A DNA stretch of 32,000 nt from Wallemia ichthyophaga EXF-994 (taxonomy: Eukaryota; Fungi; Basidiomycota), in the NCBI RefSeq assembly GCF_000400465.1, contig NW_008806274.1, positions 26,925 to 58,924 on the forward strand. The letters run 5' to 3'. The position numbers and the translations under genes were made by a program. Below the pieces are notes generated by a model. It ran no database searches, was not told the origin of the DNA, and saw only the letters and a list, made by a program, of their open reading frames with translations. Shown here in pieces: positions 11,651 to 21,996 of this stretch (the first letter of the stretch is position 1; each line of letters opens with the position of its first letter).

Positions 11651-12163
11651 TTAATTTACATAAGCAGGAGGCGGGGGCGGATGATCAGGTGGAGAAAATT
11701 GCCGTGTGTTATCGGATGTGTGAGCGGTTTGAGCAGCTTGAACGGGTTGAGTTTCATAAGAAGGCGGTATATTAGCACCAGCACTAGCAGTACCATCAGC
11801 CACGTCCATATTGAATGAATTTTCCGCGGTGGCTACGGGTTTGGCAGGTGGCTCATAAGGTGGTAATTGCTCATCACCTTCCTCGGGCTGCCTGTGGGTC
11901 ATGTGGGTAACTTCATTCCTGCTTAATCTAGGGAAATGGTCGAGAAATGGGTTGGCCGGGGCGCTCTGGGGATTTACTATGGCTCCACTGCCCGAGCCCG
12001 CCATTTTAAGTTCTCTTTTGCGTGTGTAGGCCTTAGCCATCAGGAAACTAAACGCAAGAGCTGCCGCGACTATCGCTATGACTGCGCCGGTCGTTGCAGC
12101 GTTGTTGGTATCGCGTTTCGCGTGTGTGTGTAGATTTGCAGCGTTATCGTGTGGTAAATACAT
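11651..12163 (-). CDS. Single-pass membrane protein with three PY motifs (candidate Rsp5/Nedd4 adaptor), 170 aa
   Basis: One hydrophobic helix (AVIAIVAAALAFSFLMA) followed by a basic stop-transfer (KAYTRKR), then a Pro-rich tail with LPPY, PPSY and PPAY. Confidence 0.75.
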   Translation of the reverse strand: MYLPHDNAANLHTHAKRDTNNAATTGAVIAIVAAALAFSFLMAKAYTRKRELKMAGSGSGAIVNPQSAPANPFLDHFPRLSRNEVTHMTHRQPEEGDEQLPPYEPPAKPVATAENSFNMDVADGTASAGANIPPSYETQPVQAAQTAHTSDNTRQFSPPDHPPPPPAYVN

Positions 12164-12530
12164 TTTTCATGGGTTCGTATTTGTAGGTTGTTCGTGGTGG
12201 CGAATCACGATAGGTGGCTGTTCCGGAATTGCAAAGGTAGGAACATCACATGCGCTAATATTAATCCACAGCACAACACACTCGCGAAAATATAACAAAC
12301 GTATCCTAGACTGTGCTCGACCCTTCTTCTTGGCTTTCGGTGCTTGGCTTGGCCGAGGTGGGTGTGGAAATAGACGTGGAGGCTGGGATTTTGTTGGGAG
12401 TAATCCAAGCACAACAGATATTGATAAACCTCTGCAACAACCCAGAATCACGTCAAAGATTACAATATTAGTACCAAATTATACAAACCAGTAAAGCGTA
12501 GTATCGTGCGTTCGTTCCCCAGTTCTGGCA

Positions 12531-12756
12531 TCATTTACCGAGCCCTACCAAGAAGCCAACCAAAGTGAAAAACGGCGGTTTGCGCCATTCATCGCAGAGC
12601 ACGCAGTAGTCGTTTCGATATGGGTTTACAGTAGAGCAGCCTGTACAGTGCCAGTGCAGATCGTGGCCGATATTCTTAGGGAGTGGGAAAGGCTGTTGCG
12701 CGGGCGTAAGGGGAAGGTTGGTTTAGTGATAGCAATACACGGACACTTGGAATCAT
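12531..12756 (-). CDS. RanBP2/NZF-type zinc-finger microprotein ZF2, about 57 aa, 2 exons
   Basis: Exons 12756-12745 and 12692-12531, with intron GTCCGT..CAG (52 nt). Translation: MIPSPFPLPKNIGHDLHWHCTGCSTVNPYRNDYCVLCDEWRKPPFFTLVGFLVGLGK. The finger is read directly; the first exon is less certain. Confidence 0.72.
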
Positions 12757-12878
12757 TTTGGACTAGTCTGAAGAAGTACTATAAGCATGTGATTGTGATA
12801 CCAAGTCGAGCCGATGCTAAATTAAAGGTATTTGGAATAAATATATTACTGTAAGTGGTGTGCTCCACGCATCCTTGT

Positions 12879-13108
12879 TTACGTGTCTAGAGTGTTGTAC
12901 ATGCATCTACGATGATTAGAGCTAGTACCGATCAACCAGCCCACCCACCTTTTACAGCTTATTTCTTCATCATTGTTGATATACACACACCTTGGGCAAG
13001 TCCAGTTAACGTCAACAACGCTGCTGATACTGATGCTATGACTCGAGTAGGCGTTTCCCTGCAATTCTGGATTGGTAGGGTACTCCTCTATAACACTCTA
13101 CACACCAT
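12879..13108 (-). CDS. RanBP2/NZF-type zinc-finger microprotein ZF3, about 46 aa, probably 3 exons
   Basis: Exon 13058-12949, intron 12948-12907 (GTGGGT..CTAAT..TAG, 42 nt) and exon 12906-12879 give ...VDVNWTCPRCVYINNDEEISCKRCMYNTLDT. The best start model has a first exon ending in ATG (13108-13106) and a 47-nt GTGTGT..CAG intron, giving MGNAYSS. Confidence 0.75.
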
Positions 13109-13303
13109 GTTGATCCACATCATCGTTTTCTTGAAACAAAGGTGTCACAGGAACGCCTGTCGAATGTGGTATTACCCTGAGTAACTTGAGTAACTTGTTT
13201 GACCTGATTCACTCTCAAGCTTCCTCACAAGACAACTCTATAAGCTTGTCTTTCTTTAGTGTGCCTTGATCCTAAGCCTGGAATAGCACTGACAGCCAGC
13301 AGT

Positions 13304-13381
13304 GTGATGATATAAAGTGAGCTATTTCCTAAATGCTGTGTTTTATCTCATTATGACAACCCCTGAAAAATCACTTCCTGA
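13304..13381 (+). ncRNA. Candidate box C/D snoRNA
   Basis: C box GTGATGA (13304-13310), D'-like CTCA (13347-13350), C'-like ATTATGA (13350-13356) and CTGA at 13363 and 13378. The segment AATGCTGTGTTTTA just before D' is complementary (one G:U) to UAAAACAUAGCAUU, a conserved LSU rRNA stretch recalled from memory. No terminal stem is seen. Confidence 0.4.
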
Positions 13382-14119
13382 CGTATATTACTTAAGATGA
13401 AAGCGCTTCTTTCAAAGCCTTTCAAGTCCGCATCTGAGCTGTCTGGGTTTTTCGCTCCACTCACTCACTGACTTTCAACATGTGTCGATTGCCATCGTTC
13501 GAGACCCGGCAGGCAATACAAATGTAGCTCTTCGTAATGTAAATTATTTACTGTTTGTGCGTCTAAATGCGTTTCAATGTTTATAGACAAATTTCAATCC
13601 TACTTTGGTTATGTACATTAGGTACGTAGACCAAGACTAGGAGGACCCTTTTATCAAAGCTTTACATCTCGTGGGCGGCGTCCAGCTCTTCATCTTCGCC
13701 GCGTCACTCACCATCGCCTCTGATGGCCTGGACGGTTATTTCGAGATACACATAGCTGTAATCGTACTTAGTCTTAAGTCGTCTCTACCGTGTATCTGGA
13801 TATTGTTACAATGAGATATAGAAATACCAAGTGAGAGTTAATTGGTGATAAAAACGAGTGTCGATTTCGAGTTAATTTGTGTACTTTTCCAAGTGTAGGT
13901 AATCAGTGCGGAAAATGTGAATCAAGGTTCTAGAATTTCCAGTGAAAGAAAACGTCTCTTAGAGAATGACCTTTGAATTAGCAACAAACATTCAACTAAA
14001 CGTATTCCAAAACAAGCAGTAATGAATTGAGGCGTACAGGTAACTTTATTAGTTGAATTCTATATGAGTTATGCAGTGAGATAAATATCCTTTTAGTCTT
14101 CCTTCAGTCAAGCCTTGGA

Positions 14120-15965
14120 CTACGCCTTGGCTTCCTGGGCAGTGTGGCCTAGTTCTGCATTTGAAGCGGTATCGCGCTGCTCGTCAGCCATACCAGTGGT
14201 GGCAGATGCGAACTTGGAGCGTGCTCTGATTGTCTTACCCTTGAAGAAGAGCACATATGGGATTGGTGCGAGGATTGTTGCCAAAAGTGCAATGAACAGA
14301 CCCGCGAACTGGAATCCCATTCCATGGAACATCTGACTACCGAAAAGAGGCGTGACGGCACCTAACATATTACGCAACAATCCTTGCGCGGCGATACCTG
14401 AGGAAGAGTACTCTCCGTAAGAGTCAGAGGTATAATTGTAAGTTGCAAGGAAGATGTGGTAGATACCAAAGATCATCGGCACGAGTGCGATGATTGGAGC
14501 AATCCAGTGAACAAAGGAGTACTGCGTGAAGGCGAAGATGTACAACCCGATAGGGAAGAAAGGTGCAAAGAACATAGCACCGTACAGTCTAGCTTCAGGA
14601 ACAGTCCTACCATTGTTTCTCTCAGTTGCTTGGTTGAACTTATGATCCGACCAGTATCCAGAGATGTAACCAAGTACACATCCAATCATCAAGCCGATGT
14701 AAGGCAATCCGCCGTTACCAGTGGACCAGCCGTGGTTACCTGTGAGAATATGTCAGCGGCGACGTTCAGTGTCAGATAAGACTCTCTCTCACCTTCAAAT
14801 GTAAGAGGAATAACGGTCAAGAACAAGAACACTAAACCCCAAGCAAGGGCAATCCAGAGACCAAAGAAAAGAATGACCGGTTCGCGGAAGAGAAGCATAA
14901 TGGCACGGGTGCACGACTTGTGAAGAAGCATCTTGACGGACTCAGATTCCAATTCGATTGGCGCTCTGAACCTGTTGTCGCCAGTCTCTTGCCTCATCTT
15001 CTTAGCACGCTGGGCGAGAATGGTGGCACCGCGTGTCTCCTTGAAGAGGAAGAGTTCGATGATAAAGAGAGTTCCAGAGGCTATCATGTGAACCCACTCC
15101 ACCCATCTATAATCAACGCCCTCAATAATGTAACCACAATAAGTTGGTGCGGCAATTGTAGAGAAGATGGCAACGAATGTGAATTGAGACATAGGCACAG
15201 ACCGCTCGTCATCCTTCCAGATATCAGCGAGTGTACCACCAACGAGAATAGTACCAATGCAACCGAAAAGACCGGAGAGTAATCTACCGACGATCATGGT
15301 ACCGATATTCGTACCTGCTCCCAACATAGGGAAGACGGCTGTGAAAGCGAAGAAACCGAACAAATAGACATATCTTCTTCCAACCATTTCACAGAATGGT
15401 GCAAGGAAGAGTGGACCGATAGAGCAAGCAGCGTTGAATGTAAACATACCAACCTAAAAGATTCAAGAGGTTAGAAGGGGTAAAAATTTTATGAGACATT
15501 TCAAACTCACGTTAGCAGCTTCCGAGGAGACACCGAGGTCCTGTGCAATAAAACTGGTAGTTGGAGAGTATGCAGAGGTACTCAAACCGATGACTAAGTG
15601 GTTTTAGGAGTGTGTGAATGCTTATTATTTTTAACTTACTCAGGGTCATCGAGTTGAGGAGAGTAGTTGTAAGCCATTTCCTAGGCTTGCTCCAGTTGAG
15701 ACTATGTACTTGTGAGTTTTCATATAAATATCACTAGCTCTTCACATACGGGTTTTCCGGGTCGTTTTCTTCAAAGGCCTGAGAGTATTAGAGTAGGCTG
15801 TTTGCCACACACAAAACTCACAATCAAAACAATGTTGTTGTCTTCGTTCTTTTCCCCGTTGGTAGAAGCGTCCTCGTGCTGCTCATGTTCAGCACCATCT
15901 ACTGGCTGAGTAGTTCCGTCCGGAAAGAATGTAGAGCGTATGCCCGTTTTTTTAAGAATTGGCAT
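14120..15965 (-). CDS. MFS DHA1-family (12-TM drug/polyamine:H+ antiporter) transporter, multi-exon
   Basis: Spliced N-terminus AFEENDPENPLNWSKPRKW, then GPLFLAPFCEMVGRR, GGTLADIW, FKETRGATIL and LLFREP. It ends ...QEAKA with the stop at 14120. Confidence 0.88.
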
Positions 15966-16530
15966 GTTTTGAGTCTTGAGGGTGGTAGTAACGGCGGTAT
16001 GCTGGTGCTTGTTAGAACCAGAGAAGACAATTTGGCTATATTTCCAACTTACAAACCAAAAACTCTAAAGACTTGGGTAGGTCGGGGTTGTTGGGGTTGT
16101 TGTGGAGACCAAGAGATTCCCTCAAAGGGCTCATTAATCAACAATTTTTCTCAGGAACAAGATTTGATGAGAATCTGATCTCAATGATCAAAAACCGCAG
16201 TCTTATTTTTGGATTTTTAGTGTTGCAGACTATTAAAAAACGTCTCCGGAGTTCTGCTGTGTCTTTTCCGCTGAGTTTACGTATCGTTTGTCCCAATCCC
16301 GTTTGATCGAGCGGACATCGACGGAGTTGCGAGTAGGAGTTGTGACGGAGGTGATAAGTGGGGAGATTTCATTCAGTCATCTAATTAGGATAATATTGTA
16401 ATACAGGTGAATGGAAAATATTGTGTATATCCTCACTACCTTTCGCATCCAACGCAGCCATTCCCTCGCTAAGATAACGCTGACTACAATGTTACAACAA
16501 TTCATAGTGATTGTAGTGTTTACTAGCACT

Positions 16531-17979
16531 CTACAAAGCACCTTCCCTGATATATCTGATACAACTGCCGTGAATTCCGCCCACAACCCTCTTATCCTTA
16601 TCCAGTGCCCTGCCGAGCACGCTCATTCCAACCCCAAACACCAAGCATACCAAGCATTCGATGGAACTGTTGTTCTTCCATCCAAGCCGACTCCATTCAA
16701 GGTCGGCGGTTAATCGAGCGCAGTACATGGCCAGCTGTCGGCGCCTCTTCGGTGGAAGAGTAAGAAGCAACAGTGTTGAGGGTATGCAGTGAAGGCACCA
16801 CCTACTTTTCTTGAGCGCGTCATTCGGGAGTATCTTCTGCAAAAAGCAAGTGGTGGCCCACGAGGTGGTTATCGATCCTCCTATCATTACAGCGCCATGA
16901 ACTGTAGATTTCGCAATATTGCGCAGTGTGAGTATTGGACTGTATGCGTAAGCCTATTGCTAGCAAAAGTCGCATTTCATCACTTACTTCTTCAGCCCCG
17001 ATTTCAGCCTAAACAGCGCACTTAGCACCGCTAAAACACCAGAAAATCGAGCTGCGCCTTTCAATTCTTTGAAAAGAGCAACAATATAATGTTTGAGACA
17101 GCTCGGTTCAGCTGGATGTAACGCTGCACAGATAGCTTGGGTGTGCTGTGAGTGTGCTGAATCAATTATAGGTTGCACAGGCTGTCGAAGCAGGGGTACG
17201 CTATCGCTGAGCTTGGGGTATGCGTGCTCTGATGCTGAAGCGATGTAGTTAAGAACATCCCGAGGCGATGGCCAGCGGCTCTGTGGGCTGACCCATGCTG
17301 GTCGTCTTTGTATGTAATTTTCGGACCGCGCGAAGATGATCTTGGCGTAGGATGTCGGGAAAATATCTGGATGGTAGACGAAGCTGTTGAGAAGCCTCGA
17401 CTGTGACAACAGCCAGATCGTATTCGAGCTGAAGATTGCGTCGTATATACCCCCTTTCGGCAGAAGATGGCTGTAGAGGTCATAGAATGCTTCTGCAACT
17501 GCTGATAACGTGTAAAGAGCCAGAGTGAATCTCAAGTGAGGCTGCTTTATAAGCAGAAGCGCCGGTGATGAAATCGCTGGTATCCAAGATTTGGAAATAC
17601 CACGCAGCCTTCCGAGAAGTCTGTTTGCAAGTGTGTACAAAGCCAGAGCTCTTGGGAGGGAGCTGTCTACCGATTCGAATGCGTCTCGGCTACAAGTGTT
17701 TCAGTACCGGCCGAATCAATTAACCGGCAACTAACCGGAAGAGCAGTTTAACTAGGAATTTGAGAGTGCTGATTGTGGTGGAACCTGCAAGCAACACTCT
17801 CAAGCTAGCTCTAAAAGCTGGCTTGAACCTGCCGCAGCTTTCAGCAACGTCTCTTCATTATGATAAACCCACTCGCTCGGACTTTCAGCGACATCCACAG
17901 TTGGCGTTTGGAATGCACTACAGCCCATCTTACCGCTTATCTTCCTTAGCTCTGCATGCGTGAGTAGCAAGTCAATCAT
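16531..17979 (-). CDS. TMEM135-like / Tim17-PMP24-superfamily membrane protein, multi-exon
   Basis: ORFs 16531-16887 and 16984-17640 join through a GTAAGT..CAG intron, and upstream exons can be added through two 44-46 nt introns. PPKRRRQLAMYCAR resembles the family's RRxELALY motif. The start codon is uncertain. Confidence 0.55.
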
Positions 17980-18163
17980 TGCACTCTATCTTGATAATGA
18001 ATGGTACTTCGGAAGAAGGGCGTGTTTATACATTTTGTACACAAAGTGAAAAAAAGAGCGTCAAAATAATCTTACAAGTCCAATTAGGGAGCTAATGTAG
18101 CGTAAAGAAGTATCTAAAAGAATTAGCGTAAAGAAGCAATATTTACACATACTACAGACACAT

Positions 18164-20086
18164 CTACGCATGCTCAATGTGTTCAGCTCCTCCACCAGCC
18201 TTCTCCTCCCTGACTTGAGCCCTAACCTTCGTAGACTCAAACTCGTCGTTGAGAGATTGAGCAAAGCGACTGCGTTGTCTGACAGTTGGTCCTTTGAAGT
18301 AGAGGAGGAAAATTGGCGCTATCAAGCAAGTGGCAATACACGCGAGCTGAGAGGAGTTAGTGGAGAGTGTGTGATTACAATATACCTACGATTGTCGAGG
18401 GATACTCCAACGTATATGTATCGAAGTGATTGTAAAACGGCGTACTGAACATAGCACTGATACCTGCGAGGAAATCTCTTGCGAATCCGTTACCACCAGT
18501 TGCAGAACTAGCGTAAGGTCCATAAGCTGCAACCATGTAGTCGAATGTAGCCATATAGATGCAATAATTTGCGATACCGATCATGGCAGCGAATATCATA
18601 GGCGCAATCCAGTGGACGTTGTATTCCGGTCCGAGAGATGTCCACGCAAAGCCAAACAATCCGATAGCTTCAAGGGGAGCCGTCCAAAGCAACCAATAGA
18701 GACGACGTTCCGGAGGAACAGAGAAGCGGTCAATTTTTCTCTGCGCCATATCTTTACGAATGAAGGGAATAAACGATGCCCATCCAATAAAGTAACCGAT
18801 CCAGACAGGCACAAAGCCTAAGCCGGTCGCCCATGCCGCAAAACCCCATTGTCCAAAAACTGGACCATAACTCTCCAAGAAGATGAAAATAAGCATATCC
18901 GAGAAACCCGAGAGCATCGAACAGAACAAGACAATAGGCTCGCGAACAAACAGCTCAAACGGTCTGTAAAAGGTGACTGTGGAGGTGTTATTTCGGCTCG
19001 CTTTCTTGCTGCTTAAGGTATTGTCTTACCGATAATTTCTTTGACACTAATTCTTGACTCCTTGACTTCGTTCGGACCCCAAATGTTAGGCTCTGGCTTT
19101 CCGTCTTTTACGGCTTGTTTGCGTCTTCTCTTAGCTTCTCTGTCTAGCAAAATCGTCGATCCTTGAGCGGTGTTAGAGGAGGCTAAAAAGGTCAAGAGTG
19201 CACGGACTTGTCTCGGGAACAATTAGGAAATGGAGAGCCATTGTGAAACCTCCAAAGATCAGTTGAACCCAGAAGCTGGTAATTTTAAGTTAGCTATACC
19301 CCTTCGCAGCTTCAACCTGCTCACATCCAACGCCAAGGCGCGAAACTTTCCATAAAACCACCAACAATAGGACCAACAGTGGTACCTGAAACAGATGACC
19401 ATACCTAACTCACGTGTAAGCGGACATCCGATGCACCACATCCCAACCCACAATATAAGCAACGCCGTATTGCTGCGTGTCAGCGTCCCAGAGATCAGCG
19501 ACCAATCCGAGCGTGACACTTCCACCGGCAGACGACAAACCTGCCAGGAATCTACCGACCATCATAGTGGCGTAGTTGGGTGAAAGGGCCTGCATAAGCG
19601 ACCATATGTTGACAAAAAAGAGTGAAAGTTGTAGGATAGGCCAACGACCATATTCTTCGGACCATGGAGCCCAGAGCTCGCATCCGAATGCGTAGAGAAC
19701 CTGTCTCGGTCAGTTTTTCACGCCGACTCGAGAAGATTTGAACTGACAAGGAAACCCATTTGTCCGACTCTTGCGGCTTGCTCGGAGACACCCCACTCCT
19801 CGCTAATTGCTCCGACAGCGTTGGGGTATACGGAGGTATTAAAGTTCATCGATATTTGGAGAATGGCGATAACAGTGAGGATTATGTACTTCTTCTTTTC
19901 ACTGAATGCAAAACCAAGCACTTCCGGCGCCATTTCCTCGGTCAAGACGATTCTGCCTTTGTCATCTTTCTTTTCAAAGTAAGCCTCTTTAGGGCGAGAC
20001 GATTCCGATGCGGAGGAGTTGGCATCGGTCTTTTCGTTGAAATTTTCGTTGTTGTTTTTACTGAGATCGTCAAACCTTTTTCCCAT
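18164..20086 (-). CDS. Second MFS DHA1-family transporter, multi-exon
   Basis: ELWAPWSEEYGRWP, GRFLAGLSSAGGS, LVADLW, ELFVREP and PPERRL. The last exon ends ...HIEHA with the stop at 18164. An in-frame upstream ATG exists at 20164. Confidence 0.88.
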
Positions 20087-20819
20087 TGTTGGAAATTTGG
20101 TGGCAAGAGGCGGCGAACGGGTTGATCCACCAAAAGAGCGTGACTTATGACGGATTTGGCTCACATGAAGGTGTAACTGAGTCGACTAAATTATTTTGGT
20201 TTGGAATTAAGATGAGGGGATTCAAATATTGTGCATCCGCTGAGCAAATATCACCTTTAAAGCATTATTTTGGCACGCATTACATCATTAGTAGTGTAGA
20301 TCTATCTGACCTAGGCACACGGCCAAAGACTCGGTAAGAAGATTGTGATAGTCTGAAATACTTTCTATAGTTTGTACCATATTTGAATTGCATGCATGCA
20401 GGCGATCATTACACGCTCTCTTTATTGCGTTCCCGAACTCTGTGGAGTTGGCGCCTTATCGATTATCGATAATAACTGATTCTGATTGCCCGGCCAAAGA
20501 AGGCCAAATTGTTTAGGCGAGGCAATTGCCATATAGAGGGAGTGGAGCTCACCACACGTGATACCCTCGCGGCCGCTATTGACATTAATTGGTTTGAGAT
20601 ATTTTTGATGTCTGAAGGAGCAGTCGGGATTTGAAAACTTGTAAATTCTTATGTATTTTGAAATACTATATACTACCTATCAGCTCTCTGATCCTCTAGT
20701 TCACATGCACATTTGACACCGTACCGCCCTTCTTAGCATCACGGGAAGCGTCAGATAACACCAAAAGTTGATCAAATGTCTACATTATCCCGCTACGGTA
20801 TGCTATTAGTCACTCCCTG

Positions 20820-20842
20820 GAACTTTCTGGAGTAATATAGAA
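20820..20842 (+). promoter_or_regulatory. Heat-shock element of HSP20 copy b
   Basis: GAA-ct-TTC-tg-GAG-ta-ATA-ta-GAA in 5-bp phase. TATATAA lies at 20881. Confidence 0.7.
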
Positions 20843-20845
20843 GGC

Positions 20846-21453
20846 GAAGTTGCTAGAAGAATCGAGGGGATGCGCACGGGTATATAAGCTGGGGCGCTCT
20901 CTTAACTGCTTTTCAACAACATCTACTATTCTCAGCAGCAAAATGACAATCTTCTACAACCAACCAAGCGACTTGAACGAATTGAGCAGAATCAACGAAT
21001 TCAACTTTCCTATAGAATTCTTCTTAAAGGATAATGCACCAGTCAAGCACAACGCTACTCCTTCTACATCTAAAGCTAGGTGAGTAATCGTTGATGGCGA
21101 TGATTTCATTTGCTGACGTAGCTGCCAGACTCGATCTGATTCAACATGACAACTCGTACGAAGCGAGAGTAGATCTGGCTGGTTACAAGAAGGAGCAGCT
21201 AGAAATCTCTATCCACGACCACAAAATAAGTGTCAAGGCTAGCAAGCCAGCTGAAGAAGAATCAAAGAAGTCGGACGAGCAAAGATACTTAATCAGCGAA
21301 CTCAACTCAGCTCCTTCAATCAGCAGAACGTGGAGACTCCCAGAGCACATAACAGAGGACAATATTCACGCCGCCTACGATAACGGTTTGCTCACCCTCA
21401 GATACTCAAGACACGCGCCCGAATCTGAACCAAAGAAAGTGCTAATTCGCTAG
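20846..21453 (+). repeat. 608-bp inverted repeat, arm b (partner 8182-8789)
   Basis: About 98.4% identical (10 substitutions in 608 nt) to the reverse complement of arm a. Confidence 0.95.
20943..21453 (+). CDS. Small heat-shock protein (HSP20), copy b, 153 aa, 2 exons
   Basis: Exons 20943-21079 and 21129-21453. Differs from copy a at 3 residues (I/L, S/P, H/R). Confidence 0.93.
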
Positions 21454-21996
21454 AATAATATGATAAATTAATTGTTTGCGCAAATTCATGAATATCTTTA
21501 CGATCTCAAATTCACTAACTCCCTGGTGTGCTTGAATTACTCAAACGCAGCATTACATTTTAACCTGTAGAGTCTTAAAGCTAATAACTAATTTTACAAA
21601 AAAAGTCCACCCCAATTATTGACACAAGTTGAGAAACCAAACAAACAAATTTTAGCATTATTTAGCAGTGCTGTTGTTTGTTTAGTATAATATTATACCT
21701 GCATGATTAAGCTGGCCTGCAGTACACTTGATGTTGCATAACTTTCTCACCTCAACTCCGCAAAATACCGAACATGCCTCGGTGTCCCGGAAGGCAGGCT
21801 TTGACATATTCTCGTAAAATTAAGCAATCGAAATTCACTTGGTATACAACCAAAATCTCAACATTTCAACGCGTCCTGCATCCTGGCGAATTTCACGTGC
21901 TCTGTATAAATACCAAGTCGTGACGTAGCGCAGCTATCAGAAAGATCTACTGTATTGAGATCCGGTTGACAGAGAAACCCTTGCCGAAGAAACACA

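Noticed and set aside
12757-12878. Possibility that ZF3 and ZF2 are one two-finger gene
   Set aside because: Splice routes I tried from the GTAAAC donor near the ZF3 stop all hit stop codons before the ZF2 frame. cDNA would settle it.
13838-13933. Plus-strand fragment ECRFRVNLCTFPSVGNQCGKC resembling a degenerate finger
   Set aside because: Wrong Cys spacing, no Trp and no start codon.
14115-20337. Many 60-140 aa ORFs antisense to the MFS and TMEM135-like genes, and similar shadows over other genes
   Set aside because: Antisense shadows of real coding sequence with no motifs or independent signals.
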